Below, piece by piece: positions 35,681 to 45,779 of a stretch of DNA of 64,000 nucleotides (position 1 is its first letter; the number at the start of each line of letters is the position of its first letter). This DNA is from Pachysolen tannophilus NRRL Y-2460 (Eukaryota), in NCBI GenBank assembly GCA_001661245.1, contig KV454016.1:668648-732647 (forward strand), given 5' to 3'. The position numbers were made by a program, and so were the translations under genes. Below the pieces are notes generated by a model, which had not been told where the DNA came from, ran no database searches, and was given only the letters and a program-made list of their open reading frames with translations.

Positions 35681-36658
35681 TTAAATCAAGACAGAAGAAA
35701 TACCAAAAAATAAAATGACAATACTCAAATCGTTTAAAAAAAAATTAATCATTTCTTGATATTTTGCTAATAATAATAATAATTTCTTATATTTTTGTGG
35801 AATGAACCCACCAATCAAATTTAATGTCTTGACAATAATTGAATCAATGTTATTTTTTTCATTGTTATCTATGAAAATCATATAAAATATCAGAAATCCT
35901 AATTCAAGAGTCAAGAAATAAATGTAAAAATTTGATTTTTGATTTGAATAATTAAAAATTAAAGATGATTCATATAAATTTTCATTGAAAAACGAATAAA
36001 ATAATAATGAAACAATAATAAGAAACCGTACTATTAAAAATCGATATTTGAATTTCTTAAAATTCAACAACAATTTCTGCTGTAACAGTTGTCTTTTCTT
36101 TATTTCTTCTGCAGATAATTGCTCCTGTTGTTGCTGTTGCTGTTCATTTTCATCTCCTTTCAAAGTGCTAAGAAACTTTGAAAATAACGGATCATTCAAC
36201 AATGGGTCTCCATCATTATCCTGATGATGATGCTGATGATTCAGCGCAGACGAATTCATAAACATTTCCTGTAATAATTTATCAATATCTAATTGCTGTT
36301 GCTGTTGTTGCTGTTGTTGTTGCTGATGGAGTCCCAGTCCCATACCAAGTTCTGTTATATCACTATTTTCTGGATCATCTTCATTCTCTAAGTAATTCGC
36401 ATCTTTACCTACATTACCTACAACTGACCCAGTATTTATCTCTGCAACCTTATCCTTGTTTTGGTTATCATCTTTACTATCAATTTCTTCAACTCGTTGA
36501 TTTTCATTTTCTTCAAAACTTGTTGTCTTGTTGGAAAAAGCAGGACCATTAATACCAGTGATTTTATTCAATCTATCAGTACCACCTCCTTTTGCAAGCT
36601 TAGCAGCTCTTCTTTCTCTCAAGATCTTTCGCTTTTCAGCCTCACTTAGCTCTGACAT
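35681..36658 (-). CDS. GET2: GET complex subunit Get2
   Basis: [19 protein letters not shown]-terminus, RLNKITG, three C-terminal TM segments. Confidence 0.9.
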   Translation of the reverse strand: MSELSEAEKRKILRERRAAKLAKGGGTDRLNKITGINGPAFSNKTTSFEENENQRVEEIDSKDDNQNKDKVAEINTGSVVGNVGKDANYLENEDDPENSDITELGMGLGLHQQQQQQQQQQQLDIDKLLQEMFMNSSALNHQHHHQDNDGDPLLNDPLFSKFLSTLKGDENEQQQQQQEQLSAEEIKKRQLLQQKLLLNFKKFKYRFLIVRFLIIVSLLFYSFFNENLYESSLIFNYSNQKSNFYIYFLTLELGFLIFYMIFIDNNEKNNIDSIIVKTLNLIGGFIPQKYKKLLLLLAKYQEMINFFLNDLSIVILFFGISSVLI

Positions 36659-36884
36659 CCTCAATCAATCTCAAACAAATGAAAAATTAAATTTAAACAA
36701 ACTATTCAATAACTACTAATAATTCTAATTGTTAGTAGTGTGTTGATAAATTTGAAATTTCTTAAAAAAGGTTGACCAAAAAAACAAATGAAAACTAACA
36801 ATAAAGAACAAAATGAAGTTTATAAAATTTATTATTAATTTTAATTAAAATATCAATTTTTCTATTAGAAGGAAATATATAAAG

Positions 36885-37861
36885 ATGGATCCATTTTCCG
36901 ACTCTGGTGGTGAGTATTAATTGAGTTTATATATCAAAAATTTTTGTTTTTAATAAAGATCAAGAATTTTTAATTATTAACAAATACATTTATAGAGTTA
37001 TATCAAATACGTAAACAATTTTTCAGTGGTCAGTATTTGAAAGCAACAGATCATCAATTAGATTCTTTTTCTGAACCTGCGGTTCCAAAAGTTAGAGAAT
37101 ATATATTGAGGTCTCATCTTATATTGGGGAATTACGAGGAAGTTGAAACTGGGATTCAAAATATTGAAGATACAGATGTTTCTAAAAGTTTTGAGTTATA
37201 TACTTTATTTGTTAAATCCAATGAAAAAGAACCAATTGAAGAATTTGATGATTTTTTAACTAATGTGACTTCAGATTCTGAAGTTATAACGGTACTTGGT
37301 TCAATATATTTGGCTAGAACAGGTAGAATTGATGAAGCTTTGAAATTATTGGAAAAAAATTCAGCTAATAATTCTATGGAATGTATATCAATTCAAATTC
37401 AATTAAGAATTTTAACAAATAGATTGGATCTTGCATTAAAAGATATTTCAAATTTTTCCAAAATTGCTCAGGATGATATTGTTTTCAATTTAACTGAAAG
37501 TTGGGTCAATTTATTAAAAGGTGGTTCTGCATATCAATCATCATTTTATTTTTATGAAGAAATTTCACAATCAAATACTAGTTTAAAAAATTTGATATGC
37601 TTATTGATTCTAAACTTGCAATTACACCATTTACCCGAATCACTGGAAGTTATCGAACAATTGAAAACCATCAATGAACTGGATGTTACCAATGGTGATT
37701 TGTTGGCAAATCAGATCACATATTACGTGTTAAATGGTGAATTCGAAAAAGTTGATGAATTGAGAGAGGAATTGATTACACAAAACTCAGAACACCCATA
37801 TATCGTTGATTACAATGAAAAAGTCGCTTTATTCGATGACATTGTTGCCAAATATCACTAG
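36885..37861 (+). CDS. SEC28: Coatomer epsilon subunit; exons 36885-36909 and 36996-37861
   Basis: Spliced N-terminus MDPFSDSGELYQIRKQFFSGQY; FYFYEE, HPYIVD, FDDIVAKY; intron GTGAGT/TATTAAC/TAG. Confidence 0.92.
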
Positions 37862-38071
37862 ATTTCTGTTGTAGTTTTTTGGCCTTTTCTTTTTTTTTTT
37901 TTTTGGCCCTTTTTTCGTTTTTAGTTAGTTGTTTTATCAGTAGTTTATTAAAAATTTATATATATTTAAGTAGATAAAAAAAAAAATAAAAAAATATTTT
38001 TGAAATTGTACAAAACTAATGTTAATTGTCTATTTAAAACATCAATTAAAATAATTATATAAACGTCTATA

Positions 38072-39004
38072 ATGGATCTGCCTAATAGCGTTGATAGGAA
38101 TGCTGGTGAATATGTGAAAAAAATGGCAGTTGAGTTTTATGATTTGGATCATGAATTAACAAAAGATGAAAGAATAGATCTTTCACTTTTTTATAATAAT
38201 ATATGGACTTCAACTCTTAAATTTAGTTATCTTGGGTTTCTTGCTGGAATTTCAATTCCATTTGGTATTAAATATTATAAAACAGGTTCAATTAATGGTG
38301 TTAATTTCTTGAGAGCTTCATTTGGAGGTGTTATTGGTATGATCATTGTACCTCAAGTACTTTCACCTTATTATTTTCGTAGAAAAATGAATGAGATGAA
38401 AATTTCAAAAGGTGAATCATCAAATGAAGTTCAAATAATTTCAAGATTACCGTATCCATTGGCATTTAAATGGTGGACTTATTACAAGACAACTGCAACT
38501 GATCCATCTAAAGCAATGCCTGATCCACGGAGACAACTCGATCCGCTGGAAGCCGATAAGCTTGAAAGAAGACCTGGCTTTATTGGAGCTAGCGGTGATT
38601 TATTTGGTTTAAAAAGAAAAAAAGATGATGATGTGAATGAAAGGGATGTAACTGATAATCAGGAAGAAGAATTCCGTTCTCACTCATCATGGGACCGTGT
38701 CAGACGTGGCTATTATAATGGAGAAGAGCCTACGAATATTTCAAGAGATTCTGATTACGATAGCGAAGCAGTTTTATACGATAATGAGGCGTTTGAGCAA
38801 GAAAATCAAAGGTCAGAGCCACCAACACAATTTCAGCAGCAGCAGCAGCAACAACAACAACAACATCGTCAGTTATCCGCATGGGAAAAAGTAAGACAAC
38901 AGTCTTTGGGTAAGTCGGGTAATATCGTTAGCTCTCCCGTACACGGTAACTCGATAATCAAAAAAGATGGTGGTGACGATAATGACGATGAGGGTTCGTT
39001 TTGA
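38072..39004 (+). CDS. YIL077C/Rci37-like membrane protein
   Basis: AVEFYD.D..L...ER N-terminus, two TM segments, W..YY..T..DP, SAWEKVR; lies between SEC28 and THS1 as in S. cerevisiae. Confidence 0.7.
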   Translation: MDLPNSVDRNAGEYVKKMAVEFYDLDHELTKDERIDLSLFYNNIWTSTLKFSYLGFLAGISIPFGIKYYKTGSINGVNFLRASFGGVIGMIIVPQVLSPYYFRRKMNEMKISKGESSNEVQIISRLPYPLAFKWWTYYKTTATDPSKAMPDPRRQLDPLEADKLERRPGFIGASGDLFGLKRKKDDDVNERDVTDNQEEEFRSHSSWDRVRRGYYNGEEPTNISRDSDYDSEAVLYDNEAFEQENQRSEPPTQFQQQQQQQQQQHRQLSAWEKVRQQSLGKSGNIVSSPVHGNSIIKKDGGDDNDDEGSF

Positions 39005-39334
39005 TGTTGTTGCGATTGAGTTAAGTTAACTATATTCATTTATTTATTTAGAATGTGATGAGGTTATACATATATACATGCCAAAAAGAAAAAAGTAAAA
39101 AAAAAAAAAAAAAAAAAAAAGTAATATGAATTAAAGAATAATAAATAGGTAACGATATAAGATATAGTTTAAAAATCCATCCATTTTGACTATTATTATC
39201 AACAATATAAGGCTATCAAAATGTCTTCAAAAAGAAAAAAAAAGATAAAAAAAAATAAATAAAAGCAAATAAACTAAAGTTTCAAGAAAAATAACAAGTT
39301 GAATTTAAACAAATTTCTTTACCTAACGATTTAC

Positions 39335-41515
39335 TTATAAGACGTTATCATTTCTTTTTTCGTCTTTTAATTTATGCAATTTAGGAATAACATCAGCCAA
39401 TAATTCTGCATCATTCTTATTCTGTAATTCTTGGATATCTCTATTTCTAATATTAACACTGTGATCTTTTTGTTCAGCATCACCAACAATGAAGATAAAG
39501 TTATATCTCAATAATTGACCAGATCTAATTTTCTTTTGTAAAGTATTACCACTCAAATCAACATCAGAGTAAAAACCTTCAGCTTTTAAATCATCGTTAA
39601 CTTTAGTTGCGTAATCAAAATATCCGGTACCAACAGGGACAACTAATATTTGTCTTGGAGATAACCAAAATGGCCATTTACCACCAAAATGTTCAGTCAA
39701 TATGGCAGTCATACGTTCAACAGATCCCAATATGGCTCTATGAATCATTACAGGTTTTGTAGTCAGTTCTTCCTTATCATCTTTTGTTCTGTACTCTAAA
39801 CCAAATCTTTGAGGAAGTTGGAAATCTAATTGAATAGTAGCACATTGATACCATCTTTTCAAAGCATCATTGATCATGATATCGATCTTAGGTCCATAGA
39901 AGGCACCATCACCTGGGTTAAGTTCCCATTCACTTCCAAAATTATTTAAAGCATTTTCCAATTTCTTTTCAGCATTATCCCATGTTGCAATATCTCCAAC
40001 AAATTTTTCAGGTCTTGTTGACAATTCCATTTTAAATCCAAATCCAAAAATTCCATAAACGTATTTAAGAAATTCAAAAATGTTTGATATTTCATCTTCA
40101 ATTTGATCTTGTGTACAGAAGATATGAGCATCATCTTGTTGGAAACGTCTAACTCTTGTTAATCCACTTAATGCACCAGAAAATTCATTTCTATGTAAGA
40201 CACCAAAATCGGCAACCCTCCATGGAAGTTCTCTGTATGATCTTTCTCTAGATTTAAATAACAAACAATGACCTGGACAATTCATTGGTTTTAATCCATA
40301 AGTTTCTTTTTCAACTTCAAAAGAAAACATATTTTCTTTATAATTTTCCCAATGACCAGAAGTTTCCCATAATTTAGTTGAAAACATATTAGGAGTAATA
40401 ACTTCATCATAACCTCTTTTCCTATATTCAGTTCTCATCATATCTACTAATGTATTATAAATTCTAGTACCATGTGGTAACCAAAAACATGAACCTGGTG
40501 ACATTTCATTGAAAAAAAATAATTCCAATTCTTTACCCAATTTTCTATGATCTCTTGCAGCAGCTTCTTCTAAAAATTTCAAATGTTGATCCATTAATTT
40601 TTTATCTGGAAATGAAATACCATAAACACGTTGTAAAGAATCATTATTTGAATCACCCAAGAAATAAGATGAAGAATTTTTTAAAATTTTAATACTTTTG
40701 ATTCTACCTGTATGTGGAATATGAGGACCAAGACATAAATCAATTAAAGGACCACATCTATAAACTGTTGTTGAAGTATTATCTGGAACTTTAGTTTTAA
40801 TATAAGTCAATTTATATTTTGAATATTTAAACATTTCTAAAAGTTGATCTTTTGTCATTTCTAATCTTTCAAATTTTTGTTTTTCTTTAATTGCCTTTTT
40901 AGCAATTGTTTCCAAATTTTTAAAATCAGATTGAGAAACTGCTGTAGCACCATCATCAATAGCCATATCATAGAAAAACCCATCATCAATTGGAGGACCA
41001 TAACATAAATGAGCACCTAAATTACATTCACAAGCTTCACCTAATACATGAGCAGAAGAATGCCAAAATACAGCTTTACCTTCTGGAGTATCAAAATCAA
41101 AAAATTCTAAAGATGAATCTTTTTCTATTGGTCTTTCCAAATCCCATAATTCACCATTAATTTTAGAAATAATAGTTCTATCTAAAAATGAAGGTCCAAT
41201 ATCTTTTGCAATTTGAAAAGGTGTAGTTTCCCATGAAATACCTTCTTTAATAGTACCATCCTTTAATGTAATCTTTATAGGTAACCTCTCCTTAGATGCA
41301 ACTTCAGCATCATATTTCGCCTTAATCTCATCATACAATTTAATCCTCTCTTCTATAAATAAAGGTTGAGGATCCAAATAAGTTGGTCTAACATTTCCAT
41401 CTTCTTTACCTTTCTTCTTCTTATCACCTTTCTTAACATCATGCTGCGGTTTCTTCCCCTTCCCATCCTTCAAAGATAAACTCTCAACAGGCTCAACAAT
41501 TTCTGCTTGCGACAT
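39335..41515 (-). CDS. THS1: Cytoplasmic threonyl-tRNA synthetase
   Basis: [43 protein letters not shown]. Confidence 0.99.
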   Translation of the reverse strand: MSQAEIVEPVESLSLKDGKGKKPQHDVKKGDKKKKGKEDGNVRPTYLDPQPLFIEERIKLYDEIKAKYDAEVASKERLPIKITLKDGTIKEGISWETTPFQIAKDIGPSFLDRTIISKINGELWDLERPIEKDSSLEFFDFDTPEGKAVFWHSSAHVLGEACECNLGAHLCYGPPIDDGFFYDMAIDDGATAVSQSDFKNLETIAKKAIKEKQKFERLEMTKDQLLEMFKYSKYKLTYIKTKVPDNTSTTVYRCGPLIDLCLGPHIPHTGRIKSIKILKNSSSYFLGDSNNDSLQRVYGISFPDKKLMDQHLKFLEEAAARDHRKLGKELELFFFNEMSPGSCFWLPHGTRIYNTLVDMMRTEYRKRGYDEVITPNMFSTKLWETSGHWENYKENMFSFEVEKETYGLKPMNCPGHCLLFKSRERSYRELPWRVADFGVLHRNEFSGALSGLTRVRRFQQDDAHIFCTQDQIEDEISNIFEFLKYVYGIFGFGFKMELSTRPEKFVGDIATWDNAEKKLENALNNFGSEWELNPGDGAFYGPKIDIMINDALKRWYQCATIQLDFQLPQRFGLEYRTKDDKEELTTKPVMIHRAILGSVERMTAILTEHFGGKWPFWLSPRQILVVPVGTGYFDYATKVNDDLKAEGFYSDVDLSGNTLQKKIRSGQLLRYNFIFIVGDAEQKDHSVNIRNRDIQELQNKNDAELLADVIPKLHKLKDEKRNDNVL

Positions 41516-41594
41516 CCTTCTTTATCTATTCCAACCTATTTCTATCAATCTCAAAAGAATTTTTCAATTTTTTTCAAAAAGACTTGAATTTTTA

Positions 41595-41629
<35 letters not shown>

Positions 41630-41635
41630 AATAAC

Positions 41636-41918
41636 NNNNNNNNNNNNNNNNNNNNNNNNNNNNNNNNNNNNNNNNNNNNNNNNNNNNNNNNNNNNNNNNN
41701 NNNNNNNNNNNNNNNNNNNNNNNNNNNNNNNNNNNNNNNNNNNNNNNNNNNNNNNNNNNNNNNNNNNNNNNNNNNNNNNNNNNNNNNNNNNNNNNNNNNN
41801 NNNNNNNNNNNNNNNNNNNNNNNNNNNNNNNNNNNNNNNNNNNNNNNNNNNNNNNNNNNNNNNNNNNNNNNNNNNNNNNNNNNNNNNNNNNNNNNNNNNN
41901 NNNNNNNNNNNNNNNNNN
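41636..41918. other. Assembly gap with duplicated flanks
   Basis: N bases; TTTTCAAAAAGACTTGAATTTTTATTCATATA occurs on both sides. Confidence 1.
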
Positions 41919-41944
41919 TTTTTTCAAAAAGACTTGAATTTTTA

Positions 41945-41984
<40 letters not shown>

Positions 41985-42218
41985 CAAACTAAACTAACTT
42001 TTGAACAAAAATTCATTGAATTAAAAAAGAAGAAAAAAAAAATTTATAAAAAATAAATGACACGGCGAAAATGGCGGAAAATTTTTTTCTATTTAATTTA
42101 AATTGAAGACCAACAACAACGACAACAACGACAACAACGACAACAAAAGGATTATATATATATATTAAGAGTAAGAGTAAGAGTAGTGGGTGGATATAGA
42201 TATAGGTTGTATTTGGTG

Positions 42219-43439
42219 ATGTCTGAGGAAAATATTAAGATAATAGAAGATAGTATACTGGATGATGCGGTGATAAGTAAGCTTACAGAAGTTTATTCTG
42301 ATGAGTCTTCAACATCCTCATCATCATCATCATCGAGTTTGAAGAACCATGTTGATACAAGTGTTGGTACTGAAGAAGATTCGAACAAACAGCTGCTGCA
42401 GCAGCAGCAACAGAATACCATTACATCGTTTTCGATAGATCAGGTTAATGATAACCCAGAGGAGTTAGTGGAACTTCGTGGTGAAGGACGGTATTTTGGG
42501 AATACCGATACAGTTAGTGGACCTATTTGTTCAAATTGTCATAGAAGAGGTCATATAAGAAGTAAATGTAAAGTGGTTGTTTGTCATGCGTGTGGTATGG
42601 TTGATGATCATTATGAAACTCAATGTCCCAAATCAATGGTTTGTGCAAATTGTGGTAAAAAGGGACATTTTAAAGTAAATTGTACAGAAAAATTTAAAAA
42701 AACTTTTTGTACTTTATGTGATTCTAAAAATCATTCAGATGATAGGTGTCCCTCAATATGGAGATCATATATTACTTTATCAAACAATAAGATGAACTTA
42801 CCTGTGATATATTGTTATAATTGTGGTAGAGAAGGTCATTATGGTGATGAATGTAGACAATTTAGAAGTTCTAAAACTCCAAATATAGATGGTAGTTGTT
42901 TTAGTGGTAATAATTTACCAAAAAATTTAAGAAATGTTTATTTCAATACTTTAAGAAAAATTTCAAATAATAATAATAATAATATTGGTAATAAGAAGAG
43001 AAGATTTGAAGAAGAAGAAAATAAAAATAGGTTTCATGCAGATTTATATGATGAACCTTTACTACAAAATAATAATAATAATAAAGGAAAAAGACAAAAT
43101 AATAACTACCGTGATACCAATTATCGTGATAACAACTATCGTGATAACAATTATCGCGATAACAATTATCGTGATACACAGCAGCGTAACGATAATAATC
43201 ATTATGTTCCAACAAGAACAGAATACTTGAGTAATAATAATAATAATAAAAGACAAAAAGTATCCAACTACAAATCCTCATCTGATACATTGACATATCC
43301 AAGAGCAACAACTTCTGGTCGTCTACCAGGTAAAAACCCTACTAACAAGAAGAATAAGAAAAAAACAGGATACTTGCTGAGTTCAAATTCAGGAACTACA
43401 GGTGGGAGAAGTGGTGGAAAGTATAATAGTAGATATTGA
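42219..43439 (+). CDS. AIR1: TRAMP complex zinc-knuckle protein Air1/Air2
   Basis: LRGEGRYFG, five CCHC knuckles, CPSIWRSY motif; first ATG at 42219. Confidence 0.9.
   Translation: MSEENIKIIEDSILDDAVISKLTEVYSDESSTSSSSSSSSLKNHVDTSVGTEEDSNKQLLQQQQQNTITSFSIDQVNDNPEELVELRGEGRYFGNTDTVSGPICSNCHRRGHIRSKCKVVVCHACGMVDDHYETQCPKSMVCANCGKKGHFKVNCTEKFKKTFCTLCDSKNHSDDRCPSIWRSYITLSNNKMNLPVIYCYNCGREGHYGDECRQFRSSKTPNIDGSCFSGNNLPKNLRNVYFNTLRKISNNNNNNIGNKKRRFEEEENKNRFHADLYDEPLLQNNNNNKGKRQNNNYRDTNYRDNNYRDNNYRDNNYRDTQQRNDNNHYVPTRTEYLSNNNNNKRQKVSNYKSSSDTLTYPRATTSGRLPGKNPTNKKNKKKTGYLLSSNSGTTGGRSGGKYNSRY
43101..43175 (+). repeat. 15-bp coding minisatellite, (N/T)NYRD x5, in AIR
   Basis: Five tandem units of the AACAATTATCGTGAT type. 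Confidence 0.9.
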
Positions 43440-43568
43440 AAAGTAATAGATAGTCGTGTAGTAGGAAATTTTTTTGAAAGTAGTATGATAATAAATGATA
43501 ATAAATGATAACAAGATTAATTATAACGAGGTAGAGATGATGATGTTTTAAAAGATACTGATACGATA

Positions 43569-44638
43569 ATGATGTTGGAAAGTTGTAGTAGGAGAAGCTT
43601 TACTAATTTGTCATTTTGCAATTATAGTTGTGTTTTACAGAAAAGATGGATCTCTAATTTTTATAAATCAAACTATCGGTATTTATTTAATTCTACTGCT
43701 AATACTACTACTACAAGGGCGGATACAATGATAAATATTGATTATAATGATGATACTAGGATTCCTGATAATTATATATTTATTATCCATGATAAGGTGA
43801 TTTTCCATCAAGAACCTATTCAGGTGGTGTTGAACAATGCAATTAATGAGATATTTCCATCTATTAAATTAAGTCCTTCTGTATTATTAAAAAGTTGGAA
43901 TTCTAATTTTGAAAAAATTTATCTTGATAATTCTTCAAATATTGATTTAGATCAAAAAATGTACGATTTAGTTATGAAGATTTATTACCCATTTTTCAAT
44001 AGAGATATGAATGGGTTTAAAAAAGTATTTAAATCACCAGATTTTAATATTATTAAATTTTTAAATAAATATTATTTTACAAAATGTGAGCTAGATACAA
44101 ATCTTTTCAGTAATTTACAAATACTAGATCATGGAAATATTAATTCATCAATTGCTTTACTTAAGGATAAAGATTTTTCATATTTTAATTTTCAATATCA
44201 AGATTTTATTAATTTTAAAAATTCCAAGTTATCTAATCTACCAATTTTAGAAAATGGTAATATTCAAAATTTTTTAAAAAAAAAATTTTTAAAATTCAAA
44301 ATTTTAAGTATACCAAGATATTTATCATTACCAATGATTTAGAAGAGATTAAACGTTGTACTGCCTTACAAACTCAAAGTAATAGTAATAATATCAAAAA
44401 CTACAACATTACCTTGATTTATTTAAATCAAAACACTAGTGGAGGAACTCATTTCCAAGAATTGATGAGGACATTCAAATTCTTGGAAAAATCACAAGAT
44501 TTCCCTAGATTAAAGCATTGCTTCAATAAGATCATCAATGAATTTGAAACAATACAGTTTAAAAATAATCTTGAATTTTTCGATTTTTTGAATGCAGTAA
44601 ATGATTACAATAACAACTACTTACAACCTAAATCCTAG
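43569..44638 (+). CDS. Hypothetical protein, possibly mitochondrial, with an apparent -1 frameshift near 44270-44285
   Basis: Arg/Ser-rich N-terminus; second frame open from 44261 to 44638 across a T6A10 run. Confidence 0.55.
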
Positions 44639-44650
44639 ACCTAGTTATTT

Positions 44651-44686
<36 letters not shown>

Positions 44687-44927
44687 TTGAATCCATCATC
44701 ACAAACATGGTGAATAGTTTCAAGTGTAATAATTTAATTACTGTTAATCATCGGTAATGGTGTAGTGTGTTTATATGTACCTGGTGTAGTGTGTACTGCG
44801 TATTTTTTTTTTGTACGCCTTTTTTACCCTGCATTCAAGAAAGAAAAAAAGAAAAAAAAAATTTTTTCTCCATATAAAGAGCCGATTCCCTCTTTTAAAA
44901 CAGTTTCTATTTATTTTTCTTTTAATT

Positions 44928-45035
44928 ATCGACCAGAAGATCAAATTCTTTAACGTACATGGTTCTTGCCTTTTACCAGAGCCATCCGGGATTTGTCTTC
45001 ATACAATGGTCTATCCTAGTTTTTGGAAACCAAAT
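44928..45035 (+). ncRNA. SNR7: U5 spliceosomal snRNA
   Basis: Invariant loop 1 GCCTTTTAC (44968-44976) closed by the ATGGTTCT/AGAGCCAT stem, followed by CCG; outer stems GACCA/TGGTC and GAAGA/TCTTC; Sm-like TTTTTGG; ends approximate. Confidence 0.93.
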
Positions 45036-45779
45036 TGAAAAAAAAGTAATTGTTTCAAAGAAACTTTTTATAATTTCTTTGAAAACAATTTTTTTTTCTA
45101 TTATAAAATAAAAAAAAAATTAATAATATTTTTTTTTTTTTTTTTTTTTAATATGAATAACGTGAGTTCATGTTATAGTATTAAAATAGAAAAAGAGAAA
45201 ATTAACCAATTTATTAACTCTTGTAAACTATACACAATTGTAATGTCATTTGTATCTTTTATTGTAATGTAAACTGTTATAAAAATTTAACCTGAATCTA
45301 GCCTTTTCTAGCATTTTTCTTTCTAATCTTCCTTAATTTACTTTCTTTTTCTTGGCTTTTTTTTTTATTATTATTTTTTGCTTTTTACGTTTTTTTTTTT
45401 TTTGTTTATTTTTTATTTTTTTCGTTGATTTCGTTTTCGCCTTAAAAAAAACACTGAATAATCAAATTAAATAAACAAACATATAAATATATTTCTTATA
45501 TATATATATATACATAAATATATAGTCACTCGTTCGGAAATTTTATTCATTCGTTTTATTGGGAAATAGCGCTAAACTTATTTTGGCTCTTAGATATAAA
45601 TATACATTTTTTATTGTATTGATTGGGTTTTTATATTACTTTCTAACTTGATCCTTTTGAGATCTAGATTTCGTTTTTCGTTTTTCTTCACATTCTTTTT
45701 TAAACGCGTTTTTTTCTTTTTTCTTTCTTCTTCTTCTTTTATTTGTGTTTATATATTCATAAGGATTGGAGGCGAAATA

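Noticed and set aside
45648..45779. Phe-rich N-terminal extension of the SKG6-like ORF
   Set aside because: Non-ATG start in a T-rich 5' region
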